From: a virus
Lineage: Duplodnaviria; Caudoviricetes
DNA length: 26,627 nt
Direction: 5' to 3' (one strand)
IMG/VR virus record: IMGVR_UViG_3300046779_001691
Location: 1 to 26,627 of that record
Shown here: positions 7,496-16,996 of the stretch, in pieces
How positions within the stretch are numbered: position 1 is the first letter of the stretch
How the letters are laid out: each line of letters opens with the position of its first letter
Translations under genes and position numbers: made by a program
The notes under the pieces: generated by a model
Database searches by the model: none
The model's input: only the letters and a program-made list of their open reading frames with translations
Told to the model about the DNA's origin: nothing

Positions 7496-10400
7496 ATGGC
7501 AAAAAAATTAGTTAAAAATTATGTGTTTAATCCAGGTTTAGGTCTCAATGACAACCTAAGACCAAACGCATATTCGTTGATCTCTCAAAATAAAATTTTC
7601 TTACAAAAAGAAATTACAGCATTTTGCGCTAATCAAGTAATAGATTCTGTAAAGTGCGAACGAGATTTAGGTTACATTATTGACGGTGCAGGATTTGACG
7701 TTACACTTGGAACTAACTATAACTCCGTATTTTTAGGAATTGCAGAATATAACTCTAATGAAGTTACTCCAACAGTACTTAGAACTATCGGACGAGCAAG
7801 GGATGCAGCGTTAGCATTGCCGGGAGTTTCTGCAAATTCAACAGCAATAGAAAGAACTACAACTTTCTTTAACGAAGTACTTGACATTGCACAGAACGGA
7901 AGAGGTTCTGCTAATGTAATTACATTTACAAACCCAAGTTCCGGATCTACTACTGCCCGTATTGCTGCTAAAGATAGATTAATTTCTAATAAACTTTTTA
8001 TTGCTGCGGAAATTAACGCATGGGTAGCACAGAATTATCCTAGCGCAGACCACGATCCGGTTAAATGTTCACGTGACGTAAAGTATGCAATTGATGCTCT
8101 TTGCTATGACGTATTATATGGTGGTAACTCTGCTACTTACGACCAATCAAAATTCTTCTTCTACAGCTTTGCCAGCGGCAGTCCAGGCATTGATCCAACT
8201 CATAGATTACAAACTGTAGCAGCCTATAACAGATTACAAAGTGTTGTTGGCGATGTTATTTTAGGAAATGCTGTTTCGAGATCAAACGGTGGCACCTATG
8301 TAGAACAACAAGACACTACCGGAACCAACTCCGACGGAACTACGGTTACAGTTATTCAAAACTTAGTACAGATCATTGAAGACGTTGTAAATGCAACCAG
8401 CCAATCTGCTGCTAACACAGTTTTGTCTGGTATTGTTAGAACTGCTCCTAGCGTAACATGGTCATTGGCTGCATTGCAAACAGCAAAAACTGCTATTGAC
8501 ACAAACAAGACAGCTATTATTACAGCCGTAAACGGTTTTGCAAATTATACATTTGACATTGACAAGTGCGAAAGAGACAGCGGATATGTTATTGACGCAT
8601 TGCTACACGATTTGCGTTATGGTGGTAACGAAGAAACTCGTAGAATCTCAACATTTTACTGGGACGGAAACGTTGCTCAGATTGACGGAACACGATTAGC
8701 TGAATATGAGTCGTATTATTTCTTAATTGACTTAATTAACAATTACATCATTCAAAATATTGAAGATACTAATCCAGAACAAGATTTAACTTTACAAGTA
8801 ATTGACCTTACAAAGACTACCGAAGCTGATGCAGACGAAACTGTAGCAGCATTATTACAAGACGTTATTGATGTTATTCAAAATGGTCTAAGCTCATTAC
8901 CTGCATTAGTAACAGGCGTTGGAACAGTGGAAGTGTTGGGTAAGATTGGTCTAGAAGATCTTCTAATTATTTCTAACGTTACAAAGAATGAGGTTATCTA
9001 TAACTTTGCTGAACCGACAAAAGGCGGGACATGCAGCTTCCGTCCGGGAAATTCAGAAAATTATCCTCAAGCTGAATCAGTTAACAACGGTGTAACAGTC
9101 ATTGCATTCAAGTACAACACAAGTACAATGAGTGTAGATGACACAATTCAGATTTTCTTAGAAAACACAGAATTAAAAGTTAGACCATACGACTTTGGCA
9201 CTGATGCGATTGAACGTATGCGTGTTGCCCAGCCGCAGGCTATGCTTGACGCTGACTTCGAATATGGATTACAGCCTACTAAGTGGCAGGCAATTGGTAT
9301 GCAGCGTGGATATCCTAGTACATACGAAGTTTCTGCAACTGACACAGCGGTAGTAAACGTAGTAACTGACGCATCTAACGGAACTAGTGGAGTTGGTGCA
9401 AGTTTAATTACAGTCACTACCCAAGGCGCACATGGATTTACAGCAGGAAATCCAATTACTATTAGGGCACTTGCAGCATCTGTTACTGGATTTAACCGTG
9501 CAGAAGGAACATTCTTAATATATTCTGTTCCTACGCCAACTACATTTACCTACTATGCTAAATCTAAAGTGGGTACAAGCAATGGACAAGTCCTTGCAAC
9601 TACAACAACTCAGTTAAGACAAGCATCTTTCTATACTGGTGCTTCTTTAGGTCAGCCAACATTTTCAGTATACACAAACGGATCTTCTGGTTCGTTAAGT
9701 ACTTCATTAAGAATTCCGAACGGAAGCACAACTATATCGTATAGCGGAACAGTTCCAAGCGTAGGTGCTCCGTTATCCGGAACTGGTATTTCAAACGGCA
9801 CACAGGTAACCGGTGTGTTTGGACCAGGCGGCGAAGTAGGAACATATTACGTATCTACAGACAGCAACATTGGCGACACTAGCATTTCTTTAACTGATGT
9901 AACAGGCATTCAGGAAGGAATGGCAATCTCCAACGGAGACGGTACTCCTACACAAGTTGTAATCACCGACGTTGGCGGAATTATTTTAACTCTTAATGAC
10001 AACCTAAATGTAGCTTATAAGGGCGACGTTGACACATACATTAACGAAGCAATTAACTCTATTACATATCAAATTGGTTCTGGCCTTGGCGCCACGTTTA
10101 ACGTAAACGTAACTGCTGGAGTATACGATGTAACTTTAAATGCAGGTGGTTCTGGTTACTTAGCAGGAGACACTTTACAAATTGACGGTGCAACTGTAGG
10201 AGGAACTTCTGGTTCAAACGATATTAATATTAACGTTCTTAGCGTAGGCGGCGGCGGAGCCGTTGCTACATTTGAAGTTATCTCTGGAACAGGAACTGGA
10301 ACAGGAACTTACACAAGCGTAGGAACACAAGAAATTGGATACTTGCCACGAGGCGGAGCAACTGTTGACATTACTAGAGACGGCGGCAATTATACAGCGT

Positions 10401-13333
10401 CAGTAAACCAAGCAGGCGTAAACTACAATCTATATAACAGATTCTTAATTCCGGGGTCTATTTTAGGCGGTATTGATGGAGATAACGATTGCATAATCAC
10501 CGTAACAGCAGTATCCGGCGGACAAGTAACTGAAGTATCTGCATCAGGTACAGCAGCTCGAGGAGATACAATTATTGTCTACTCAACTGTGGCAATATCT
10601 CAGGCTACAACTGCTCAAATTAATGCAACATCTGTTATAACATTCTCGGCTATTGCTACTGTAGAGGTTACATTTACTTCTCCTCATGGACTAGTTCCTG
10701 GCGCTAGTGTTATGATTTCAATTACATCGGCGGGAACAAATCACCAGCTTGCTGGCGGTCCGTTCTCTATAGAACAAATACCTACTCCGACTACTCTAAG
10801 ATACACAGCAAGAGCACCGGGAAATATTGCAACAGCAACTACCCTAGAAGGTATTGTTTATGTAAGACCTGACGTATTCTTTACACATAGACCGTTTGAC
10901 GGTGGTGTTATGTTAGGTACAGGCGGTCCGCAACACGGCGGCCAAGCAATTCGTCAAAGTAAAAAGTACATTCGTTACCAATCTGGTAAAGGCGCAATGT
11001 ACAACACCGGTGCATTATTTGCACCTAGCTTTGACTTAAGATCAGTTGTAGCCGAAGGTACTTCAGTCGGTTCTCTAATTACTGTCGTAACTGACGACGT
11101 TGACCACGGTCTACAGGCAGGTGCTGTAATTAGACTAAGAGGGATTACAAGTACAGGCTTTGATGCTACATATGAAGTTAACGAAATTGTTGACGAAAGA
11201 ACATTTAGAATTACTGCTCAAGCAAATCTAAGCACAACAACAGCAGTTATTGGTTCTCAAGCACAAATGAGCTTGTTAAACTGGCACGGAGCAACAGTTC
11301 GTTCTGGACCGTTTGACGACCAAAACGGAATCTTTTGGCAGTATGATGGTCAGCAATTAGCAGTAGGTCGTAGAAGTTCTACATTCCAGTTAGCAGGAAC
11401 TATTTCTCTAACTGTAAACTCTAACTCAGTAGTTGGTTTAAATTCAAGATTCTTAGATCAATTACAAGAAGGTGATCGAATTGTAATACGAGGAATGACT
11501 CACGTTGTTGCAAGTATTACAAGTCAAACAGCGATGACTGTAACACCAGACTGGAGAGGTGTAAACAACGTTACTGGTGTAAAAGTCTGTAAGGTACAAG
11601 ACATTATTATTCCTCAAAGTGAGTGGAACTTAGACAAGTGCGATGGAACAGGCCCTTCTGGATATAATATCGATGTTACAAAGATGCAGATGATTGGTAT
11701 CCAGTTTAGCTGGTACGGTGCTGGTTTTATTGACTGGATGCTAAGAGGTCCAAACGGTGATTATGTATTCTGTCACAGATTAAAAGGTAATAACCTAAAC
11801 ACCGAAGCGTATATGCGTACAGGTAACATGCCAGTGCGTTATGAAGTTATTAACGAAAGTGCTAGATCTCAATTGTTAACTGCTATCGATGCCGACGATG
11901 CATCATTGTCATTAAACGATACTCAGTTCTTCCCAGACGCAGGAACAGTCTATATCGAAAACGAGTTGATTTCTTATACAAGTAAGAATGATGTTACAAA
12001 TCAATTATTGGGCTGTACAAGATCCGCAGCATTATCTAACTTTGCAGCAGGCGCAACTAGAACATATACCGGCGGAGCAGCAGCAACACACGCAGCTGGC
12101 AAAGGTGTAGTTTTAGTGTCTAACACAACAAGTCCTATTATTAGCCACTGGGGTAGTGCTTATTTGATTGACGGTAACTTTGACGAAGATCGCGGATACA
12201 TCTTCTCATATGCTTCTACAGGTAACAGCATTAGTACTACTAAGAACACTGTATTCTTAATTCGACTAGCACCTAGCGTTTCTAACGCAGTTACAGGTGA
12301 CCTAGGCGAGAAAGAATTGTTAAATCGTGCGCAGTTACTATTGAAGTCTATATCGATTACTTCCGATCCGATGACTTCTGGAACAGCAGGTATTGTTGTT
12401 GAAGGTGTATTGAATCCTCAAAACTATCCAATTAACCCAGCCGACATTGGTTGGCAAGGATTAACTGGTTTGAGTGCAGGCGGACAACCTAGCTTTGCAC
12501 AAATTGCTCCGGGCGGTTCTGTAAGTTGGGCAGGTGGCGCAGTTACAACAACTACGACCGCTACAACAACTACTACAATGACCAATACTATTGCTGTACC
12601 AAACAACGCAGCATTTAACAGACCGTCTGGTACAACAGCATTTTATGTATTACAATCTTCTTGGGAAACATCAGGAGCGTTTGTACCACCGACTACATAC
12701 ACAACTCCACTAGGCGGTGTTGTTATTAACGACGGTAAGTTTCCTTCGGGCACAACAATTACTTCGGTTCAAGGACCATACAGCTATGCTGGATTTGGTT
12801 ATTATGTAATTAACACTAGCAGAGCATCAACTAGTGCTCTTAACGCAAACGCTACAGTCACACTAAACTTAGGCGGAGCAAGTGCAACAGTTACCAACAC
12901 CTTGTACTTTACTCAAGCAAGTTGGGTAGCGTCTGGTGCGGCACTAAACACTGAAGTTGCTGATGCTAAATTCCCTGCTAACACTCGTGTATCGAGCGTA
13001 ACAGGACCATTAACATTTGGAGCTACTACGTACTATCGTGCAACATTCACACAGAACAGTACGCAGTCGACAACCGCAGGCGGAACTATTACATTCCAGT
13101 TCGGTCAACCTCCATATGCGCTACCAGGAGAAACAGTATTCTCGTTCGTAGCGAATCCGGGAGACACTGCATCATTAGACCTTGGAGAACTTAAGGAACT
13201 TACAACTACTGCTATTGGCGGTCGTGGTGCTTTCCCAAACGGTCCAGACGTTTTAGCTATTAACGTGTATAAGGTAGGCGGAACAGCAGTTCCTGCTAAC
13301 ATTATTCTACGATGGGGCGAAGCGCAGGCCTAA
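7496..13333 (+). CDS. Large modular virion structural protein (1945 aa; fibre/baseplate-associated) with three KCxRD helical repeats
   Basis: Long ORF with SD AAGGA; N-terminal helical repeats; beta-rich G/T/S modules (three T-x-x-x-HG[LF]xxG repeats, paired GG..ND..I.V repeats, paired KFP repeats); followed by a terminator. Confidence 0.75.
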   Translation: MAKKLVKNYVFNPGLGLNDNLRPNAYSLISQNKIFLQKEITAFCANQVIDSVKCERDLGYIIDGAGFDVTLGTNYNSVFLGIAEYNSNEVTPTVLRTIGRARDAALALPGVSANSTAIERTTTFFNEVLDIAQNGRGSANVITFTNPSSGSTTARIAAKDRLISNKLFIAAEINAWVAQNYPSADHDPVKCSRDVKYAIDALCYDVLYGGNSATYDQSKFFFYSFASGSPGIDPTHRLQTVAAYNRLQSVVGDVILGNAVSRSNGGTYVEQQDTTGTNSDGTTVTVIQNLVQIIEDVVNATSQSAANTVLSGIVRTAPSVTWSLAALQTAKTAIDTNKTAIITAVNGFANYTFDIDKCERDSGYVIDALLHDLRYGGNEETRRISTFYWDGNVAQIDGTRLAEYESYYFLIDLINNYIIQNIEDTNPEQDLTLQVIDLTKTTEADADETVAALLQDVIDVIQNGLSSLPALVTGVGTVEVLGKIGLEDLLIISNVTKNEVIYNFAEPTKGGTCSFRPGNSENYPQAESVNNGVTVIAFKYNTSTMSVDDTIQIFLENTELKVRPYDFGTDAIERMRVAQPQAMLDADFEYGLQPTKWQAIGMQRGYPSTYEVSATDTAVVNVVTDASNGTSGVGASLITVTTQGAHGFTAGNPITIRALAASVTGFNRAEGTFLIYSVPTPTTFTYYAKSKVGTSNGQVLATTTTQLRQASFYTGASLGQPTFSVYTNGSSGSLSTSLRIPNGSTTISYSGTVPSVGAPLSGTGISNGTQVTGVFGPGGEVGTYYVSTDSNIGDTSISLTDVTGIQEGMAISNGDGTPTQVVITDVGGIILTLNDNLNVAYKGDVDTYINEAINSITYQIGSGLGATFNVNVTAGVYDVTLNAGGSGYLAGDTLQIDGATVGGTSGSNDININVLSVGGGGAVATFEVISGTGTGTGTYTSVGTQEIGYLPRGGATVDITRDGGNYTASVNQAGVNYNLYNRFLIPGSILGGIDGDNDCIITVTAVSGGQVTEVSASGTAARGDTIIVYSTVAISQATTAQINATSVITFSAIATVEVTFTSPHGLVPGASVMISITSAGTNHQLAGGPFSIEQIPTPTTLRYTARAPGNIATATTLEGIVYVRPDVFFTHRPFDGGVMLGTGGPQHGGQAIRQSKKYIRYQSGKGAMYNTGALFAPSFDLRSVVAEGTSVGSLITVVTDDVDHGLQAGAVIRLRGITSTGFDATYEVNEIVDERTFRITAQANLSTTTAVIGSQAQMSLLNWHGATVRSGPFDDQNGIFWQYDGQQLAVGRRSSTFQLAGTISLTVNSNSVVGLNSRFLDQLQEGDRIVIRGMTHVVASITSQTAMTVTPDWRGVNNVTGVKVCKVQDIIIPQSEWNLDKCDGTGPSGYNIDVTKMQMIGIQFSWYGAGFIDWMLRGPNGDYVFCHRLKGNNLNTEAYMRTGNMPVRYEVINESARSQLLTAIDADDASLSLNDTQFFPDAGTVYIENELISYTSKNDVTNQLLGCTRSAALSNFAAGATRTYTGGAAATHAAGKGVVLVSNTTSPIISHWGSAYLIDGNFDEDRGYIFSYASTGNSISTTKNTVFLIRLAPSVSNAVTGDLGEKELLNRAQLLLKSISITSDPMTSGTAGIVVEGVLNPQNYPINPADIGWQGLTGLSAGGQPSFAQIAPGGSVSWAGGAVTTTTTATTTTTMTNTIAVPNNAAFNRPSGTTAFYVLQSSWETSGAFVPPTTYTTPLGGVVINDGKFPSGTTITSVQGPYSYAGFGYYVINTSRASTSALNANATVTLNLGGASATVTNTLYFTQASWVASGAALNTEVADAKFPANTRVSSVTGPLTFGATTYYRATFTQNSTQSTTAGGTITFQFGQPPYALPGETVFSFVANPGDTASLDLGELKELTTTAIGGRGAFPNGPDVLAINVYKVGGTAVPANIILRWGEAQA

Positions 13334-13336
13334 AAG

Positions 13337-13362
13337 AAAAAAGCCCCGGAAGGGGCTTTTTT
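13337..13362. terminator. Bidirectional intrinsic terminator
   Basis: AAAAAAGCCCC-GGAA-GGGGCTTTTTT between convergent genes. Confidence 0.92.
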
Positions 13363-13376
13363 ATTGTCTTATATTT

Positions 13377-13646
13377 TTATTGATGTGATTTTTCGTAATC
13401 GTCTAATCGATTAGCAAGTGTTTTTCTAAGATTAAACAATGCTTCTCTAGTGTCAGATACACCAGATGGTAAAGAAGATACTCTTCCAAGATCATTATGT
13501 TTAATATCTAGTGCCTTAACTTCATTAACTAGTTGATTCAGTAAAATTTGTAACTCTGATTGTTTGCCAGCATCTGGAATTTTGGCAATTCTAGATTTAA
13601 AATCTTCATATTCTTTTAAAAATCTTGGGTTCTTAATCAGCTGCAT
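13377..13646 (-). CDS. Hypothetical alpha-helical/coiled-coil protein
   Basis: 89-aa ORF overlapping the upstream gene by 14 nt and ending at the terminator; heptad-like Leu pattern. Confidence 0.7.
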   Translation of the reverse strand: MQLIKNPRFLKEYEDFKSRIAKIPDAGKQSELQILLNQLVNEVKALDIKHNDLGRVSSLPSGVSDTREALFNLRKTLANRLDDYEKSHQ

Positions 13647-14016
13647 TTTCTAACTCCAGTATTGTTTCTATTTTTGTTCGTATGATTGAATTACTTAGCG
13701 TGTTCTTCAATCCGGTATGTAATTGTTTAGGCAGGTAATCTAAGTTACACCATGCCAATGTATTAGATGCTTGTGTTAAAAACTCGTCGTCTACAATACA
13801 AACATAAGTGCCGTACTCAAATCCTTTATCTTCAGACAGGTATAGTTCAATTGGAACAATCCTTCCTGGAGCATATTCTTTTAATAAGTGTTCTGCATCA
13901 ACTAGCAAGGCCGCATGCCGTTCAAAAGTGGGAACTGTCCACCGTTGATCTTCTAGAATCAGCAGTATTCTTTTGGTTTTTTTGGACAGAAATAATAACC
14001 CGGCACGCTGTTGCAT
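13633..14016 (-). CDS. Degenerate Nudix-fold protein
   Basis: RAGLLFL...RILLI...WTVP and LAW...LP..LH.GL match the Nudix scaffold but no GX5EX7REUXEEXGU box; alternative start at 14031. Confidence 0.5.
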   Translation of the reverse strand: MQQRAGLLFLSKKTKRILLILEDQRWTVPTFERHAALLVDAEHLLKEYAPGRIVPIELYLSEDKGFEYGTYVCIVDDEFLTQASNTLAWCNLDYLPKQLHTGLKNTLSNSIIRTKIETILELENAAD

Positions 14017-14027
14017 ACCTTTAATTA

Positions 14028-15566
14028 TCATGCGTCGAGGTCAAATCTCCAAGTTCCTGGAGCGTACTCGCCTTCAAATGCTTTTAACCACTGGTCGTCA
14101 ATCCATTTATACTTGATTAAAGTTTTCATGTTTTGAACTACTACTTGTCTACTTTCTGTTCTAGGGTCAAATAGTATCTTCCATTCTGAACCAGTCCAAG
14201 TAACAACAGAATTAGCAGGAATAACTGGATCGCTTCCGTCTAGATTCTTCCAACCATCTGGACCGTCGTAGACATCTCTTGAGCTGCCGTCTGTTGGATC
14301 AAAGTTTCCTCTATTAATTAAACCGCCTCTGTTTGGACTTGTATTAATATCTTCTAGAACAAGGTATCGAATATTAGTATCGCGGCCGTTAGGTCTAGTC
14401 ATTGGATTAAACTTATAAGGATCGATAATAGCGTCAACGGTACCTCTGCCTGTGTTAGAATCAAATCCAACATCTACTTGATCTACACTAAAGAATTTTA
14501 ATCCGTTATTGTCGATTAATGTATTGGCAGGAATAGTATCTGGGTCAAAAGTTACAACAAGTATACTTGGATCTAAAGGATTAACAGCAAAGGTTCCGCT
14601 GATTGTATTACCTGCTGCTTGATCAAAATAAATCCTGCTAGTACCAGTATACCCGCCCATAGCTTCTAATATCTGACTCCATGTTAGCTTACCGCCTACA
14701 CGATAATCTTTTTCCGGAATACCTGCAGACTTAATAGCAGCAGACGGATCAACAATAGTAACATCGTAGTCAAACTGTTGACCGTTGTTACTTTTGAATA
14801 ACATGATCCTATATCGGTCAGTGTTAATTTGTAGTTTACCTTTAGTTTGTCTGATGACCAAACTATCTAACTCAATAATTTCACCCGTTTCAGTGAATAC
14901 GTTAGAAATAATAGATTTAACAACGCCGAGTTTCTTAACCTTTGCAGGCGGACTAATCCACACAGGCATTGTAAAATCAATAGTCATTATATCAATTTCA
15001 GTTTCAGCACCTTGTGGTATTGATCTAGAACTAAAGTTAATGTTTTGAATATCTACAACACTTAAACTAGTCCAATCAAGGTAGTTGTCAGTTGTTTGAA
15101 TTTCTAAACTAGGGTTAAACAATACCATAATTTGTTCAAACAGTTGAAGTTTCTGATCAATACTTGAAGTCCAAATGTCAGCCTTCATTGTTAACTTAAA
15201 TGGAGTTGGCATTAATCTTTCTACGGTGTAAGATCCGCCCTGACGACCGTAATAATTAACTTCGCCTGTGTCCGGATCTTCTGTATAATCTTTTTGTCTT
15301 ACACTAACCTTGCTAACAAAACTAGGGTCAGATAACCTAGTCTGATCTAATTCAAGACTAGAAATATAACATGCTATCCTTGGAACAGACGGCATTTTAT
15401 TCTCTGAGTTTTCTTTAATTAATGCTGCAACTTGCCTAGACATGTCGCCGTACATAACGGGCACTGTTTGTTGATCCCCATTACCAGCTTGGTATTTAAA
15501 CCCAATGAAGATACGCATAAACTGTGTTACATATCTTCTAATTTGTCCGTCGTAGAAAAAATCCAT
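14028..15566 (-). CDS. Tail terminator / sheath stabiliser, T4 gp15-like, with C-terminal extension
   Basis: FFYDGQIRRY...F, VPVMYG, MPTPFKL, QLFEQIMVLFNP resemble gp15; directly downstream of the gp14-like gene. Confidence 0.75.
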   Translation of the reverse strand: MDFFYDGQIRRYVTQFMRIFIGFKYQAGNGDQQTVPVMYGDMSRQVAALIKENSENKMPSVPRIACYISSLELDQTRLSDPSFVSKVSVRQKDYTEDPDTGEVNYYGRQGGSYTVERLMPTPFKLTMKADIWTSSIDQKLQLFEQIMVLFNPSLEIQTTDNYLDWTSLSVVDIQNINFSSRSIPQGAETEIDIMTIDFTMPVWISPPAKVKKLGVVKSIISNVFTETGEIIELDSLVIRQTKGKLQINTDRYRIMLFKSNNGQQFDYDVTIVDPSAAIKSAGIPEKDYRVGGKLTWSQILEAMGGYTGTSRIYFDQAAGNTISGTFAVNPLDPSILVVTFDPDTIPANTLIDNNGLKFFSVDQVDVGFDSNTGRGTVDAIIDPYKFNPMTRPNGRDTNIRYLVLEDINTSPNRGGLINRGNFDPTDGSSRDVYDGPDGWKNLDGSDPVIPANSVVTWTGSEWKILFDPRTESRQVVVQNMKTLIKYKWIDDQWLKAFEGEYAPGTWRFDLDA

Positions 15567-16963
15567 TATTCATCCGCCTCTGGTCTTAGGGCTTTACTCA
15601 AGCTCTGACGCTCTTTAATTTGTTTACCGTTAATGTTAGCAACATTGGTGTTGTTAATAAATCCAGTCTTCTGTGTTTGTCGAACGTCTTTACCTTCAAA
15701 CTGATTGCCTGCTCCAGTATCGCTTTCGCCTAAGTTAGTCATAGTCATTCTAACATTATCTTCCATCTTAACCCATCTTGATCCGTCGTATCTAAACAGT
15801 CTATTTGGAAAGTAGTCAGTTCTTAATGTAAACTGACCGTTAATAGGATTAAGAGGAAATGCTATTCCGCTACTAAATGCAGCACCGTTTGGAGGTATAC
15901 CGTCGCCTACAAGGTATCCTTGGTAGTTGCTATTCTCAGCAGATTGAAACTCCGAGCTAGCCGATACTGCCATGTAAATTGGTTCACCGTTTTCGTCGAC
16001 TAGGGCGTTACCGTTTTCATCAGTGCTAGGAACTAATACATCATCGGCACTGGCTAGTGTCATTTCAACAAAGCCTTCTTCGTCGTACTTGACTGTATAG
16101 AAGTTTGTAGTATCGTAACCACTCTTAGGAACATCAGCGTCAGCTTGATCTAGCACAGCTTTAGTAATCTGCATTTCTTTATTGTAACTAGACATAATAT
16201 CTTTTAGACTATCTGCTAGTTCCCAATAAGTTGCATTAGGTGGTTGTTGACCAGTGATTCCGTTGATCGTATCTGGACTAGTTATTACTGTATATTGTTT
16301 ACCGTCTGGACCAGTAACCACATCTCCGGGGAAGTAGATTCCTTCTGGATCCCAAGTGCCTTTATCGCTGTCACTATCGGCTGCACGATCTAAAATATCT
16401 TTGAACTCTTGACTGTCAACTAGGGGTTTGCATTTTGCTCTGTATAAGTGAGGATACCAAGTTACAGAATAACCTTCTGCTGCTCTAGTAACTTCCTCAA
16501 CTACGTAGAATCGTTTTAACGCAAACTGTAAATCGTTAAGAGCATATTCATCTTTTAAGTGAGGCAACTCGATAACGTCACCTGCAATTAACTTTCTTCC
16601 TAACTTTTCAATAGTGTCGTGAATATGAAACGTAACAAAAATGGTGTCGTTTTGTAAGAACAAACCAAATTGGCTTAAGTTAAAGTCGGTGTCTTGTATA
16701 TTATAAACACCCCTAAGAATATAAACGTCTGGATCGTACTTTCTATCTCTATTTTCTAAAAACAATAAATCTTGAATTTGAAAAGGATTTGTAGAATCGT
16801 AAACTGGTTGTGTAGGAGTACCCGGAGCATTAGAAGTATCCGGGCCTAAATATTTGTGAAACAGCACATCGACACCGCCAACCTGGAACATTTCCCAAAC
16901 GGTTTTATCGATAAACTTATAATCGTTGCCCTTTTGCGGGCGATATAGCGAGAGTCTTGGCAT
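15566..16963 (-). CDS. Neck / head-closure protein, T4 gp14-like
   Basis: LSQFGLFL, GDVIELP and Y..KC motifs resemble gp14; lies between gp13-like and gp15-like genes. Confidence 0.65.
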   Translation of the reverse strand: MPRLSLYRPQKGNDYKFIDKTVWEMFQVGGVDVLFHKYLGPDTSNAPGTPTQPVYDSTNPFQIQDLLFLENRDRKYDPDVYILRGVYNIQDTDFNLSQFGLFLQNDTIFVTFHIHDTIEKLGRKLIAGDVIELPHLKDEYALNDLQFALKRFYVVEEVTRAAEGYSVTWYPHLYRAKCKPLVDSQEFKDILDRAADSDSDKGTWDPEGIYFPGDVVTGPDGKQYTVITSPDTINGITGQQPPNATYWELADSLKDIMSSYNKEMQITKAVLDQADADVPKSGYDTTNFYTVKYDEEGFVEMTLASADDVLVPSTDENGNALVDENGEPIYMAVSASSEFQSAENSNYQGYLVGDGIPPNGAAFSSGIAFPLNPINGQFTLRTDYFPNRLFRYDGSRWVKMEDNVRMTMTNLGESDTGAGNQFEGKDVRQTQKTGFINNTNVANINGKQIKERQSLSKALRPEADE

Positions 16964-16970
16964 AGTAGTA

Positions 16971-16991
16971 TATTTACCGCTACGATAAATA
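16971..16991. promoter_or_regulatory. Back-to-back putative late promoters (TAAATA on each strand)
   Basis: Minus-strand TAAATA 16976-16971, 7 nt from ATG 16963; plus-strand TAAATA 16986-16991, 5 nt from ATG 16997; intergenic gap only 33 nt. Confidence 0.7.
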
Positions 16992-16996
16992 GTATT

